A DNA stretch of 64,000 bases from Bacteroidales bacterium UBA1735 (lineage in GTDB: Bacteria > Bacteroidota > Bacteroidia > Bacteroidales > Paludibacteraceae): contig DCID01000024.1 in NCBI GenBank assembly GCA_002315745.1, forward strand, positions 51 through 64,050, in the 5' to 3' direction. The notes under the pieces are model-generated. The model ran no database searches, was not told the DNA's origin, and was given only the letters and a program-made list of their open reading frames with translations. The position numbers and the translations under genes are program-made. Shown here piece after piece: positions 8,534 through 16,981 of the stretch (the stretch's first letter is position 1; every line of letters begins with the position of its first letter).

Positions 8534-9823
8534 TTATAATCTTCCATCAATAATTGAACGATCTAATATACCTTTTACATCATACACCACTCCACCCTCA
8601 CGAACGAGCGAACAGATATCTATCTGCATAAACTCCCTGTGGGCTACGCCCAATATGACTGCGTCATATAGTTTAGAGTTTAGAAGTGATAGGTTAGAGG
8701 CAATATCTATACCGTATTCTTTCTTCACTGATTCGGGGTTGGCCCACGGGTCATAAATAGTAATATTATCGGTATATTCCTTTAGCGTGTGATAAATATC
8801 CACCATCTTCGTATTACGTATGTCTGGGCAATTCTCCTTAAAGGTGATACCTAATATAAGTATCTTGGCATCCTTCACCATCACACCTTTCTTATTCATC
8901 AGTTTGATAGTCTGCTCTGCCACGTATTCCCCCATACCATCATTGAGACGACGAGCATTGAACATCACACGGGGTAGCACGCCATACACCTGCGCCTTCT
9001 GAATAAGGTAATATGGATCAACCGAGATACAGTGACCACCGACTAATCCAGGCTTAAGTTTAATAAAATTCCACTTACTAGCTGCTGCATCTATCACGTC
9101 CTGCGTATCAATCCCCATAGCATTAAAGATCTTCGCTAACTCATTCATAAAAGCGATATTGACATCGCGCTGGCTGTTCTCAATGATCTTAGAAGCCTCT
9201 GCAACTTTGATGGTTGGAGCCTTATGCGTACCATTGATAAGTACACTATTATAGACCGCATCCACATAGTCTGCTATCTCTGGCGTCGAACCCGATGTGA
9301 CCTTACGGATCTTCTCTACCGTATGCTCCTTGTCGCCCGGATTGATACGCTCCGGGCTATATCCTGCGAAGAAATCCGTATTAAACTTCATTCCACTGAC
9401 TTTTTCGACTACAGGGAGACACTCCTCTTCGGTCACACCTGGATAAACGGTTGATTCATATACCACTACATCCCCCTTGGAGATAACCATACCAACCACC
9501 TCCGATGCGCCCCATAGTGGACGCAGGTCTGGGCGGTTATTTTCATCAACAGGAGTCGGTACAGCCACCACATAGTAATTGCAGTCACGAATAGCCTCCA
9601 AGTCCGTGGTACAAACGAAACCATGCTTATTGATTGCCTCTTGAAGGAGTTCATCACTCACTTCTAGGGTAGCATCATGACCCGACATAAGTCCGTCCAC
9701 ACGACGTTGATTCATATCATAACCTACGGTCTTAAATTTAGTAGAAAAAAGGCGTGCCAATGGCAGTCCTACATAGCCGAGACCAATGACGGCAATTTTA
9801 GTGTCTTGTAATGATTTATACAT
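8534..9823 (-). CDS. Nucleotide-sugar dehydrogenase (UDP-glucose/GDP-mannose dehydrogenase family, TviB/WbpO-like)
   Basis: KIAVIGLGYVGLPLA Rossmann motif and catalytic GGHCISVDP. Confidence 0.85.
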   Translation of the reverse strand: MYKSLQDTKIAVIGLGYVGLPLARLFSTKFKTVGYDMNQRRVDGLMSGHDATLEVSDELLQEAINKHGFVCTTDLEAIRDCNYYVVAVPTPVDENNRPDLRPLWGASEVVGMVISKGDVVVYESTVYPGVTEEECLPVVEKVSGMKFNTDFFAGYSPERINPGDKEHTVEKIRKVTSGSTPEIADYVDAVYNSVLINGTHKAPTIKVAEASKIIENSQRDVNIAFMNELAKIFNAMGIDTQDVIDAAASKWNFIKLKPGLVGGHCISVDPYYLIQKAQVYGVLPRVMFNARRLNDGMGEYVAEQTIKLMNKKGVMVKDAKILILGITFKENCPDIRNTKMVDIYHTLKEYTDNITIYDPWANPESVKKEYGIDIASNLSLLNSKLYDAVILGVAHREFMQIDICSLVREGGVVYDVKGILDRSIIDGRL

Positions 9824-9832
9824 AAATTTTGA

Positions 9833-10822
9833 TTATCTTCTACAATAATTGTCCTTAATTCTACTTCGATGACGAAGCACATGAATTCTCTTGCGTACCA
9901 TCCATATAATAGCATTAAATTTTCCACCAACTAAAGAAGCCACACGCCCAATCCAGTGCACACGCTCTACAAAATTAGAATGCAAGATATCATAATCAAA
10001 GGGTTTAAACGAATAACATGGATGAATAATCATATTTTTTATATTTTCATCATTTAACCCATGTTCTCTAATATAGAGCAATGTATTCTTTTCAAACAAT
10101 ATACTCGGATTACGATATGCAGCTATATGCAGAATATGAGCTTCTTGTGTATGTTGAGGCTCTGTAAATAAGATACAATTATATGAATTCGGAATTATTT
10201 CAATAATATGATTGGATTGAATGTTGGCATAAGCTAGAGATGGTTGATCTATATTGACACCGCTTTTTATACCATTCATCCAACTATCATGCCAACGTTG
10301 ATACAAAGAATGGGCATCTTTAACATCTCTCGTAAACAACACTCCACTGCTAAAATAGAATGTCTCTGTCTTGATACTCCATCCTATCTTTATGGCTTCA
10401 TTCTCTATCTCATATTGCATAGAATCTGCCAACTCTGCGATAGGCAAATGACTTTCCAATACAGCCCCAACGATACAAGCAAATTGATCAACCCCATCAA
10501 GAGACCTACAACATATGGTATCACTATCTACAAATAACATATCCCCAACAACTAGTTCTCTCGCCTTTGTCTTTAACCAACGAGAGCGATACATCATAGA
10601 ACACTTCTCGTTAAACGGAGTAACAATTTCCTCCGAAATATATTGCAGCACTTCTCCTCTTACCTTATCCGTATGCAATATATTAGATGTTTTATCATCT
10701 GTAAGCAGTACTATATATGCATCCGGATTCCAATATCGAGCCGACCAAATTGCCATCATTGCCTGCTCAATATATGTTGCTTCAGGGGCACATGTCAGAA
10801 CATATACTAGTTTTGTTTTCAT
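9833..10822 (-). CDS. Putative nucleotide-diphospho-sugar transferase (GT8-like)
   Basis: LFVDSDTICC DxD-type motif. Start at MKTKLVYVL (10822) abuts the upstream stop; ORF maximum is 10849. Confidence 0.4.
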   Translation of the reverse strand: MKTKLVYVLTCAPEATYIEQAMMAIWSARYWNPDAYIVLLTDDKTSNILHTDKVRGEVLQYISEEIVTPFNEKCSMMYRSRWLKTKARELVVGDMLFVDSDTICCRSLDGVDQFACIVGAVLESHLPIAELADSMQYEIENEAIKIGWSIKTETFYFSSGVLFTRDVKDAHSLYQRWHDSWMNGIKSGVNIDQPSLAYANIQSNHIIEIIPNSYNCILFTEPQHTQEAHILHIAAYRNPSILFEKNTLLYIREHGLNDENIKNMIIHPCYSFKPFDYDILHSNFVERVHWIGRVASLVGGKFNAIIWMVRKRIHVLRHRSRIKDNYCRR

Positions 10823-11730
10823 TTTGCGCCACGCTTTAAATCTATCCAACTACCAAATGTATAATCCCACTCCGGTGGATCAAAATACCCCATTCCACCT
10901 TCAGGATAAAATGTAACTTCACCAAAATACACCTTTCCTTTTACTTCATAGAAATCAACACGAACATACGGATTATCTATAAACTTAGCTATTTTTTCTG
11001 CTAACTGTTTCATTAACACGAGATTTTTCGGTTTGTCTATTATTTCTGTTGTGGATGGATGAATATGATCAAAGGGCATCCGATTCCACTCCATGTCATA
11101 TATATTGACACGGAGATTCGTAAAACGATTAATCGTTACATATACGCACCTAGCTTCACCGTTGAAGCAATACAACTTATAGTCAGCCAATGAGTCATAT
11201 TTATCATCTTCTAAATATTCCTCTGCTATTATTCGACCTTTCAATCCTTTATAAGCCCACTGTTTATTCTCAAAATGATAATAGTCATCATTTAGATGCT
11301 GTTTAGCATACTTCCACGTATGTTTAGACAAATCAAAAGTGGATTTGTCTAAACATATAGAAACACTAGCAGAGTCATGGGTACACTTCAAAATGAACTG
11401 ATTAGGTAATTTGGACAAATCAATATCCTCAAATTTATCCCAAACTGCTATTGTTTTTATTATATACTCTTCGCCTATAATTTCAGCAATAATAGGTTTC
11501 ACCTCGGCCTTATCCACTAATTTATGATATATTGGTTTACGATCATGTAATTTAAGCCATTGTATCTTCTCGGAGAATTTTTGCGGATTAGCCAAATTCA
11601 ATGGCACATTAAACACTTCCTTATACCGATGTTTGAGATACGAACTATCTGGTAATAAGTAGTATAAAAATGCATTCTTGATAAATTTTATTATTGCATT
11701 TTTATATTGTTTAGGATGTATATACTTCAT
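10819..11730 (-). CDS. TupA-like ATP-grasp protein
   Basis: PQKFSEKIQWLKLHDRKPIYHKLVDKAEVKPII N-terminus and ...FYEVKGKVYFGEVTFYPEGG C-terminus are typical of the ATPgrasp_TupA family. Confidence 0.6.
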   Translation of the reverse strand: MKYIHPKQYKNAIIKFIKNAFLYYLLPDSSYLKHRYKEVFNVPLNLANPQKFSEKIQWLKLHDRKPIYHKLVDKAEVKPIIAEIIGEEYIIKTIAVWDKFEDIDLSKLPNQFILKCTHDSASVSICLDKSTFDLSKHTWKYAKQHLNDDYYHFENKQWAYKGLKGRIIAEEYLEDDKYDSLADYKLYCFNGEARCVYVTINRFTNLRVNIYDMEWNRMPFDHIHPSTTEIIDKPKNLVLMKQLAEKIAKFIDNPYVRVDFYEVKGKVYFGEVTFYPEGGMGYFDPPEWDYTFGSWIDLKRGAK

Positions 11731-11731
11731 A

Positions 11732-12604
11732 TCAATTGATACGCAATAAATATTTATTAAAAGTTGTTAATAAGAATGAACTAAATAATAGTTTAGGATT
11801 ATGCAACATGTATATCAGTCTATATTTCCACCCATATTTCATATCATAGATCAAATGCTGAAGGCATCTATACATATCCTGTTTAAAATATTCTTTATAT
11901 TGAGGAAATATTTTGCTAAAAAATTTATCTTGGCTATACTTCTTTTTATAGAAATTCACATCATGTCCAGACATATTATTTGCATGGAGTCGATACACAC
12001 TCATAGGTACACTAAAGCCATAGCCATTCCCTTTTTGAAGTAGCATCATGAACGTATAGTAATCCGCATATAATAATTTACCACTATAGCGAATTGGCAA
12101 TATGCAATTGCGCAATACTACTGTACTCGTTAAAATAGACAAGGGCTTGCCAAAAATATCATCCGATGTATATTCGCCTTCTCTAATGTTCCTAAGCGAT
12201 TGTTCCGCACCTATTTGTCCACCAAATTCCATGGAGATATCAGCAGATGTAAAGCATAATGAGTATTGTGGATTCATATCTAAAAAATCAACCTGTTTCT
12301 GCAATTTATGTGTATCTATCCAATAATCATCTCCCTCCAATAACGCAATATACTCACCTTGGCATTTATTCATAACGAACTCCCAGTTACCTAATAACCC
12401 TTTATTAGGATTATGATGATACACCTTAATCTGTGGATATGTTGCTGCATACTCATCACAAATAGTAGGTGTTGCATCCGTAGAGCAATCTTCGCCGACA
12501 ATCACCTCATAGTCAAAATTGACTTGCTGCATCACAATACTATTCAATGCTTGGCGGATATATTGTTCTTGATTATATGTTACTAAAAATACAGATACTT
12601 TCAT
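11732..12604 (-). CDS. Glycosyltransferase family 2
   Basis: KVSVFLVTYNQEQYIRQALNSI..GEDCSTDAT and LEGDDYW. Confidence 0.85.
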   Translation of the reverse strand: MKVSVFLVTYNQEQYIRQALNSIVMQQVNFDYEVIVGEDCSTDATPTICDEYAATYPQIKVYHHNPNKGLLGNWEFVMNKCQGEYIALLEGDDYWIDTHKLQKQVDFLDMNPQYSLCFTSADISMEFGGQIGAEQSLRNIREGEYTSDDIFGKPLSILTSTVVLRNCILPIRYSGKLLYADYYTFMMLLQKGNGYGFSVPMSVYRLHANNMSGHDVNFYKKKYSQDKFFSKIFPQYKEYFKQDMYRCLQHLIYDMKYGWKYRLIYMLHNPKLLFSSFLLTTFNKYLLRIN

Positions 12605-12609
12605 ATCAG

Positions 12610-13536
12610 TTACTTTGCAAACTTAAAGAAATTAGTAATAAATTTACCTATTCTATACGCCTTTGATCGACGAATGTGAGCAATCTCTTGCTCTTTTGAA
12701 TAATACATTTTATATATGTTAGTCTCTTGTTCTCTTATTCTATCAAAAGCCTTTTCTCCCTCTATTTTTAACCATTCTGGCAATTGGTATAAAAAACAGA
12801 ATTTACGGTTCGTTTCATAATAGAATGGAGACGCTATACCAATGGATACACCAGTGTTAATACGATATAATGCCACCACCTTATCCATAAATTCAAAACA
12901 TATACCGGCTTTCAATAAGTTGATCCATTTGGGGTGGTCTTCTAAATAGGGTATACGTTCATCACACCGAAAACCAATCTTTAACATAACTTGTCGATTA
13001 TAGAACGACGCTGGTGAAGGAATACAATTTCGTTCAAAAATCAAGTAATGCAATTGATCCTCCAATGTTTTTGTAAAAAAAGAATAATCAAATACTTGCT
13101 CCACATTTGCGCATAAATCATCCGAACCACCAAACGCCTTAATCTTGCCAAATACATACACCGCAGATGGATGCTCCTTGCTATAGCACACAAAATCTTC
13201 TATGCAAGTAGGTGTTAAAAGATCATCACCATCTATCTCCTTAATCCATTCACCCTGACAGGCATCAAAGGCACGATTATAATTACATGATTGACCGGTA
13301 TTATGCTCCGCTTTGATTACAACAGCACGTACAAAGCGATCCTTATGCTGCGCAATCCACGTCTCCGCTATATGTACTGTGGCATCAGGCGAGCAATCAT
13401 CACTCACAATCAACTCAATATTCGAATACGTTTGCGCAAGAACACTCTCTAATGTGTCCACAATAGTTGCAGCCGATTTATAAGCAATAACGGTTACGGA
13501 GACTAATGGGCAATATGTGTTTATTTGACCAGCCAT
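12610..13536 (-). CDS. Glycosyltransferase family 2
   Basis: VSVTVIAYKSAATIVDTLESVLAQ..SDDCSPDAT and IDGDDLL. Confidence 0.85.
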   Translation of the reverse strand: MAGQINTYCPLVSVTVIAYKSAATIVDTLESVLAQTYSNIELIVSDDCSPDATVHIAETWIAQHKDRFVRAVVIKAEHNTGQSCNYNRAFDACQGEWIKEIDGDDLLTPTCIEDFVCYSKEHPSAVYVFGKIKAFGGSDDLCANVEQVFDYSFFTKTLEDQLHYLIFERNCIPSPASFYNRQVMLKIGFRCDERIPYLEDHPKWINLLKAGICFEFMDKVVALYRINTGVSIGIASPFYYETNRKFCFLYQLPEWLKIEGEKAFDRIREQETNIYKMYYSKEQEIAHIRRSKAYRIGKFITNFFKFAK

Positions 13537-13547
13537 AACAATTCTAA

Positions 13548-14495
13548 CTAAATTTTGTCCTTTAGATTTCTAATTTCTACTACAGATATGATAAACTTCA
13601 ATGGCTTTATTATAAAATTACCTAAACGATATGTCTTTGATTTCCGTATCTTACTTTCCATTGACCATTTAGCGTTGCGCCGGAGTTGATCATACTCTCT
13701 CATCAACAATTCATACATCAACTTAGAATTTATTGGATGCTCTAATAAAAAATGCCATTTAACACTAAAATAACGTTTCTCATAAGCATCTAATACTTCT
13801 TCATTTGATGAATGACTTGCACTATTATTTAATATCCTATATGCAGCCAACACTTCATCTACAAAACGAATCTTACTATTATACGCAAACCAATATGCCA
13901 TAATGGTATCATAAAAAACATTTTGTTCTATATACCAGTCACACTCAGCAACACATCGCATAAATAATGCACGTCTAAAAGCTATAGTTGGCGCTGCCAC
14001 ATCACGATTATCTACTACCATTCGCTCTAGAGACTCAGCGCCTTCATAGCCTAATGTACCATCATACATTTGCCTTTCCTGATAAAAACATTTTGCTTTT
14101 GCGCAAAACATTCCTACATCTGGCTCATTCTGAAAAACCTTCCATTGCTCCTGCAGAATATCATCTCGAAGCCACCAATCATCTCCATCGCATATAGATA
14201 ATACCTCTCCTTGTGCATGTTCAGCTAAATTGATAATGTTTTTTGAAGCACCCAAGTTCTTCTTAGGAAAAACAGGTTTCACAATGGTTGGATACTGTGC
14301 CACATAGCGCATAACAATTGATTGAGTTCCATCCGTACTACAATCATCGCCCACTAATAACTCAAATTTCACATCACAGTTTTGACTAATTACACCCTTA
14401 ATAGCTTGAGCGATATACTGCTCATGATTATAGGTGCACATTAATACGGATATTTTTACATCTTTCTGCATAAAATCTTTAGCTATTATGTACAT
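13548..14495 (-). CDS. Glycosyltransferase family 2
   Basis: ISVLMCTYNHEQYIAQAIKGV..GDDCSTDGT and CDGDDWW. Alternative start at 14471. Confidence 0.85.
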   Translation of the reverse strand: MYIIAKDFMQKDVKISVLMCTYNHEQYIAQAIKGVISQNCDVKFELLVGDDCSTDGTQSIVMRYVAQYPTIVKPVFPKKNLGASKNIINLAEHAQGEVLSICDGDDWWLRDDILQEQWKVFQNEPDVGMFCAKAKCFYQERQMYDGTLGYEGAESLERMVVDNRDVAAPTIAFRRALFMRCVAECDWYIEQNVFYDTIMAYWFAYNSKIRFVDEVLAAYRILNNSASHSSNEEVLDAYEKRYFSVKWHFLLEHPINSKLMYELLMREYDQLRRNAKWSMESKIRKSKTYRLGNFIIKPLKFIISVVEIRNLKDKI

Positions 14496-15746
14496 TCATA
14501 GGGGAACAATATTCCCTCGAATATTACTTGGGAAAACAACTCCTAAATAATCTGAGAATTCATCCTTTCTCACACTTACGATCTCAAAAGAATGAGCCTG
14601 CTTATGCATAAAATAGGTTTGACCATACGAGAAATATAAATTATCAATACGATATATACCCTGACACATTAGACCTCCAGGAATACTAAACTCAGTTCTA
14701 TATCGTCCTTTCTTTAAAGGTTTTTCAGCCGTACCCACATTAAAGATGCATAAATCTTGCATATTGTAAATATGCGGATTGACTCCTAACGAAATACCAT
14801 CTTCCATCACTTTAAATTCATACACCAAGCGAAAACTCGTTTCATTCGTGAGTATATTATCTTCACTCTCGATGGCACAACGTAATATCCTTAAAGCGCC
14901 TTCCCCCGGTGCATCATTTTCACTCCATACCATATCATTCGCCACATCAGCCAATCCTCCCGATAAGTATTTATCTATAACACTTCCGACAAGCCCTGTC
15001 GTTTTGACCATACCATTTTCCAGCAAGATACCAGTATGGCACAACGCTCTCACACTCGCCATATTATGGCTCACGAAGAGCACCGTTCTACCCTCGCCCT
15101 TCGATACATCCTGCATCTTACCGATGGCTTTCTTCTGGAACTCGGCGTCACCGACGGCGAGGACCTCGTCCACGACCAGGATCTCGGGATCGAGATGGGC
15201 GGCGACGGCGAAGCCCAAACGGACCATCATACCGCTACTGTACCGCTTAACCGGCGTGTCGATATAGCGCTCGCAACCGGAGAAATCGACGATCTCGTCC
15301 AGCTTACGCTGGATCTCATTATGCGTCATGCCCAGGATAGCGCCGTTGAGGAAAATATTCTCCCGACCCGTCATCTCGCTATGGAAACCTGTACCGACCT
15401 CCAGCAAGCTACCTATCCGACCATGCGCCCTAATAGTGCCCGTCGTGGGACCCGTGACGCGACTGAGAAGCTTGAGCAAGGTGGACTTACCCGCACCGTT
15501 CTTACCGATGATACCGACGACGTCGCCCTGCTCGACGTTGAACGTGATGTCACGCAGTGCCCAGACGTAGTCGGAGGAGCCCTTCGAGGTGCGGTCGTTG
15601 GTCTCGCCAATCTTGAGGTAAGGGTCCTCCTTACCCAGGACGTTCGTCACCCAGAAGCGACGGATATCGTGTGCCAAGGTCCCCGTACCCACCAGTCCCA
15701 ACCGGTACTGCTTACTCACATTCTCAAATTCAATTGCATTTGCCAT
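14496..15746 (-). CDS. Polysaccharide/O-antigen export ABC transporter ATP-binding protein (Wzt/TagH-like) with C-terminal extension
   Basis: Walker A GKNGAGKST, signature YSSGMMVRL, Walker B ILVVDEVLAVGD, then a ~170-aa non-ABC C-terminal domain. No permease gene adjacent. Confidence 0.85.
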   Translation of the reverse strand: MANAIEFENVSKQYRLGLVGTGTLAHDIRRFWVTNVLGKEDPYLKIGETNDRTSKGSSDYVWALRDITFNVEQGDVVGIIGKNGAGKSTLLKLLSRVTGPTTGTIRAHGRIGSLLEVGTGFHSEMTGRENIFLNGAILGMTHNEIQRKLDEIVDFSGCERYIDTPVKRYSSGMMVRLGFAVAAHLDPEILVVDEVLAVGDAEFQKKAIGKMQDVSKGEGRTVLFVSHNMASVRALCHTGILLENGMVKTTGLVGSVIDKYLSGGLADVANDMVWSENDAPGEGALRILRCAIESEDNILTNETSFRLVYEFKVMEDGISLGVNPHIYNMQDLCIFNVGTAEKPLKKGRYRTEFSIPGGLMCQGIYRIDNLYFSYGQTYFMHKQAHSFEIVSVRKDEFSDYLGVVFPSNIRGNIVPL

Positions 15747-15791
15747 ATTATGGTTGTTATATTTTCGTATTTGTTTTTTTAATTTACTTCA

Positions 15792-15829
15792 ATACAAGAA
15801 TGATTTTATTTTTGGATACAAGAATGATT
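15792..15829. repeat. Two direct copies of ATACAAGAATGATT (15792-15805, 15816-15829)
   Basis: Core ATACAAGAA is the reverse complement of the TTCTTGTAT core at 16021-16066. Followed by 20-bp tandem units AGAATGAyTAGGrATGTTT (15821-15861). Confidence 0.8.
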
Positions 15830-15861
15830 AGGAATGTTTAAGAATGACTAGGGATGTTTTT

Positions 15862-15978
15862 AGAATGCTTCTGCGCTATCGCGCTCTCTGTCTCCGCTTA
15901 TTAGGTAGTCCTGGTAAGTAAACTTCCCGATACTACCTACTAACCGTAGCCACACCCCTATCGGTGTTACAGCATTCT
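15862..15978. other. Predicted multi-hairpin structured element (possible leader RNA or sRNA; strand unknown)
   Basis: Closing stem AGAATGCT/AGCATTCT (15862-69/15971-78). Internal hairpins TAGGTAGT/ACTACCTA (15902-09/15932-39) and ACACC/GGTGT (15952-56/15963-67). Confidence 0.3.
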
Positions 15979-16020
15979 ACAAAACATCAAACCTCTTCCG
16001 TAACATATGTCACTGTTCAT

Positions 16021-16066
16021 TTCTTGTATCAACGACTTCTTGTATCAACAACTTCTTGTATCAAAC
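16021..16066. repeat. Three direct copies of TTCTTGTATCAAC at 16-bp period (16021, 16037, 16053)
   Basis: Read directly. Inverted relative to the left copies at 15792-15829. Confidence 0.8.
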
Positions 16067-16072
16067 AATATA

Positions 16073-16540
16073 CTATTTGTCCATAATGTGATTAGGCACA
16101 TACTTGTAACCTAATGGCTTCTGACCAAAATTAATTAACACACCTAGTTTCTTACCCGTAGCCTTAAGATAATTAAGCAACTGCGCCGTATGCTCCGGCA
16201 GGAGCGAATTCACCATCTTGAGCTCAATAATAATCTCGCCATAGCACACCATATCAGCGCGGTAAGTACAATCGAGAGGGCATCCCTTATAAAGTACTGT
16301 GATCTCCTTCTCCGACTCGAACGGTATATCCCGTAGCTGTAGTTCACGACGCAACGCAGCATGATAGACCAACTCAGAAAAGCCCTGACCAAGCGTATTC
16401 TGTACCTCCATCGCAGCACCAAGGATAGCGAAGCACTCGTCCTTATAGAGCGCAGGAGTCTCCGGCGTAGAAGTCTTCCCAGAAAAGTGTGTTTGGGCGG
16501 CGCGGAGGTCGGATAAGGTCGGTAGTTGGTGCGGGTGCAT
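16073..16540 (-). CDS. GxxExxY family protein (PD-(D/E)XK nuclease-like fold)
   Basis: GQGFSELVYHAAL (GxxExxY), ...ADMVCYGEIIIELK..., LLNYLKATGKKLGVLINF. Start at MHPHQL (16540) because the promoter occupies 16564-16595. Confidence 0.75.
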   Translation of the reverse strand: MHPHQLPTLSDLRAAQTHFSGKTSTPETPALYKDECFAILGAAMEVQNTLGQGFSELVYHAALRRELQLRDIPFESEKEITVLYKGCPLDCTYRADMVCYGEIIIELKMVNSLLPEHTAQLLNYLKATGKKLGVLINFGQKPLGYKYVPNHIMDK

Positions 16541-16563
16541 AGGCGTGCTACTCAATTCGGGCG

Positions 16564-16595
16564 CAAAGGTACAACAAATTTTTGGAATACGCAAA
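16564..16595 (-). promoter_or_regulatory. Bacteroidota-type promoter (truncated family C repeat, copy C0)
   Basis: Minus strand -7 TAccTTTG (16564-71) and -33 TTTG (16592-95), 20-nt spacer. Confidence 0.6.
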
Positions 16596-16600
16596 TATTT

Positions 16601-16719
16601 GGGGCAAAAAAGTGATATTTTATATCACAATGACATAATTTAGTACTGACGTCAGAAGTTTACTTATGTAAGTTAGCACTAAGTTATGGCATGATAGGAC
16701 GTCAGTCCTTTTTTGCCCC
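16601..16719. repeat. 119-bp element bounded by perfect 12-bp inverted repeats (MITE-like or structured RNA)
   Basis: GGGGCAAAAAAG (16601-12) / CTTTTTTGCCCC (16708-19). Inner ACTGACGTC/GACGTCAGT pairing. Hairpin GTGATAT-ttt-ATATCAC. Confidence 0.5.
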
Positions 16720-16785
16720 AACTTTGCGCATTTTAATAAGAATGCGAACGTATTTTCGAGGTGGGCGCGAAGCGGTCGGTGCCCT

Positions 16786-16907
16786 CGAAGGTACAACAAA
16801 TTTTTGGAATACGCAAATTATCTATAATAATTTTGCGAAATTTGTAAAGAATTGGGGGGAATGGGGCTAAAAATCTTAACTAAAAGTGTTTTTTTGGATA
16901 CAAGAAG
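16786..16907. repeat. Repeat family C, copy C1 (promoter-bearing repeat; -7 degenerate, TAccTTCG)
   Basis: GAAGGTACAACAAATTTTTGGAATACGCAAATTATCTATAATAATTTTGCGAAATTTGTAAAGAATTGGGG... aligns with 18091-18213 and 19523-19612. Confidence 0.85.
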
Positions 16908-16981
16908 TAATCATTCGAGCGTATGCGAGATAAGAATGATTAGGAATGTCGATACGTGGACTGGCATTATGTATCCTTACA

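Noticed and set aside
15036-15782. 248-aa plus-strand ORF (with nested ORFs at 14779-15267, 15328-15570 and 15413-15610)
   Set aside because: Antisense to the GC-rich ABC module of the Wzt-like gene, which has perfect Walker A, signature and Walker B motifs. High GC suppresses stop codons on the opposite strand.
15862-15978. Cloverleaf-like fold suggesting a tRNA or tRNA-like gene
   Set aside because: It is 117 nt long and has no T-loop (GTTCRAnnC) or D-loop consensus. The stem lengths are incompatible with a tRNA.
15830-16020. Strict interpretation as a Bacteroides-type invertible promoter
   Set aside because: Neither orientation of the segment contains a TAnnTTTG -7 box. The IR core (ATACAAGAA) does not resemble the known capsule-switch IRs, and there is no invertase gene in the window. 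It is kept only as one hypothesis among several in the findings.
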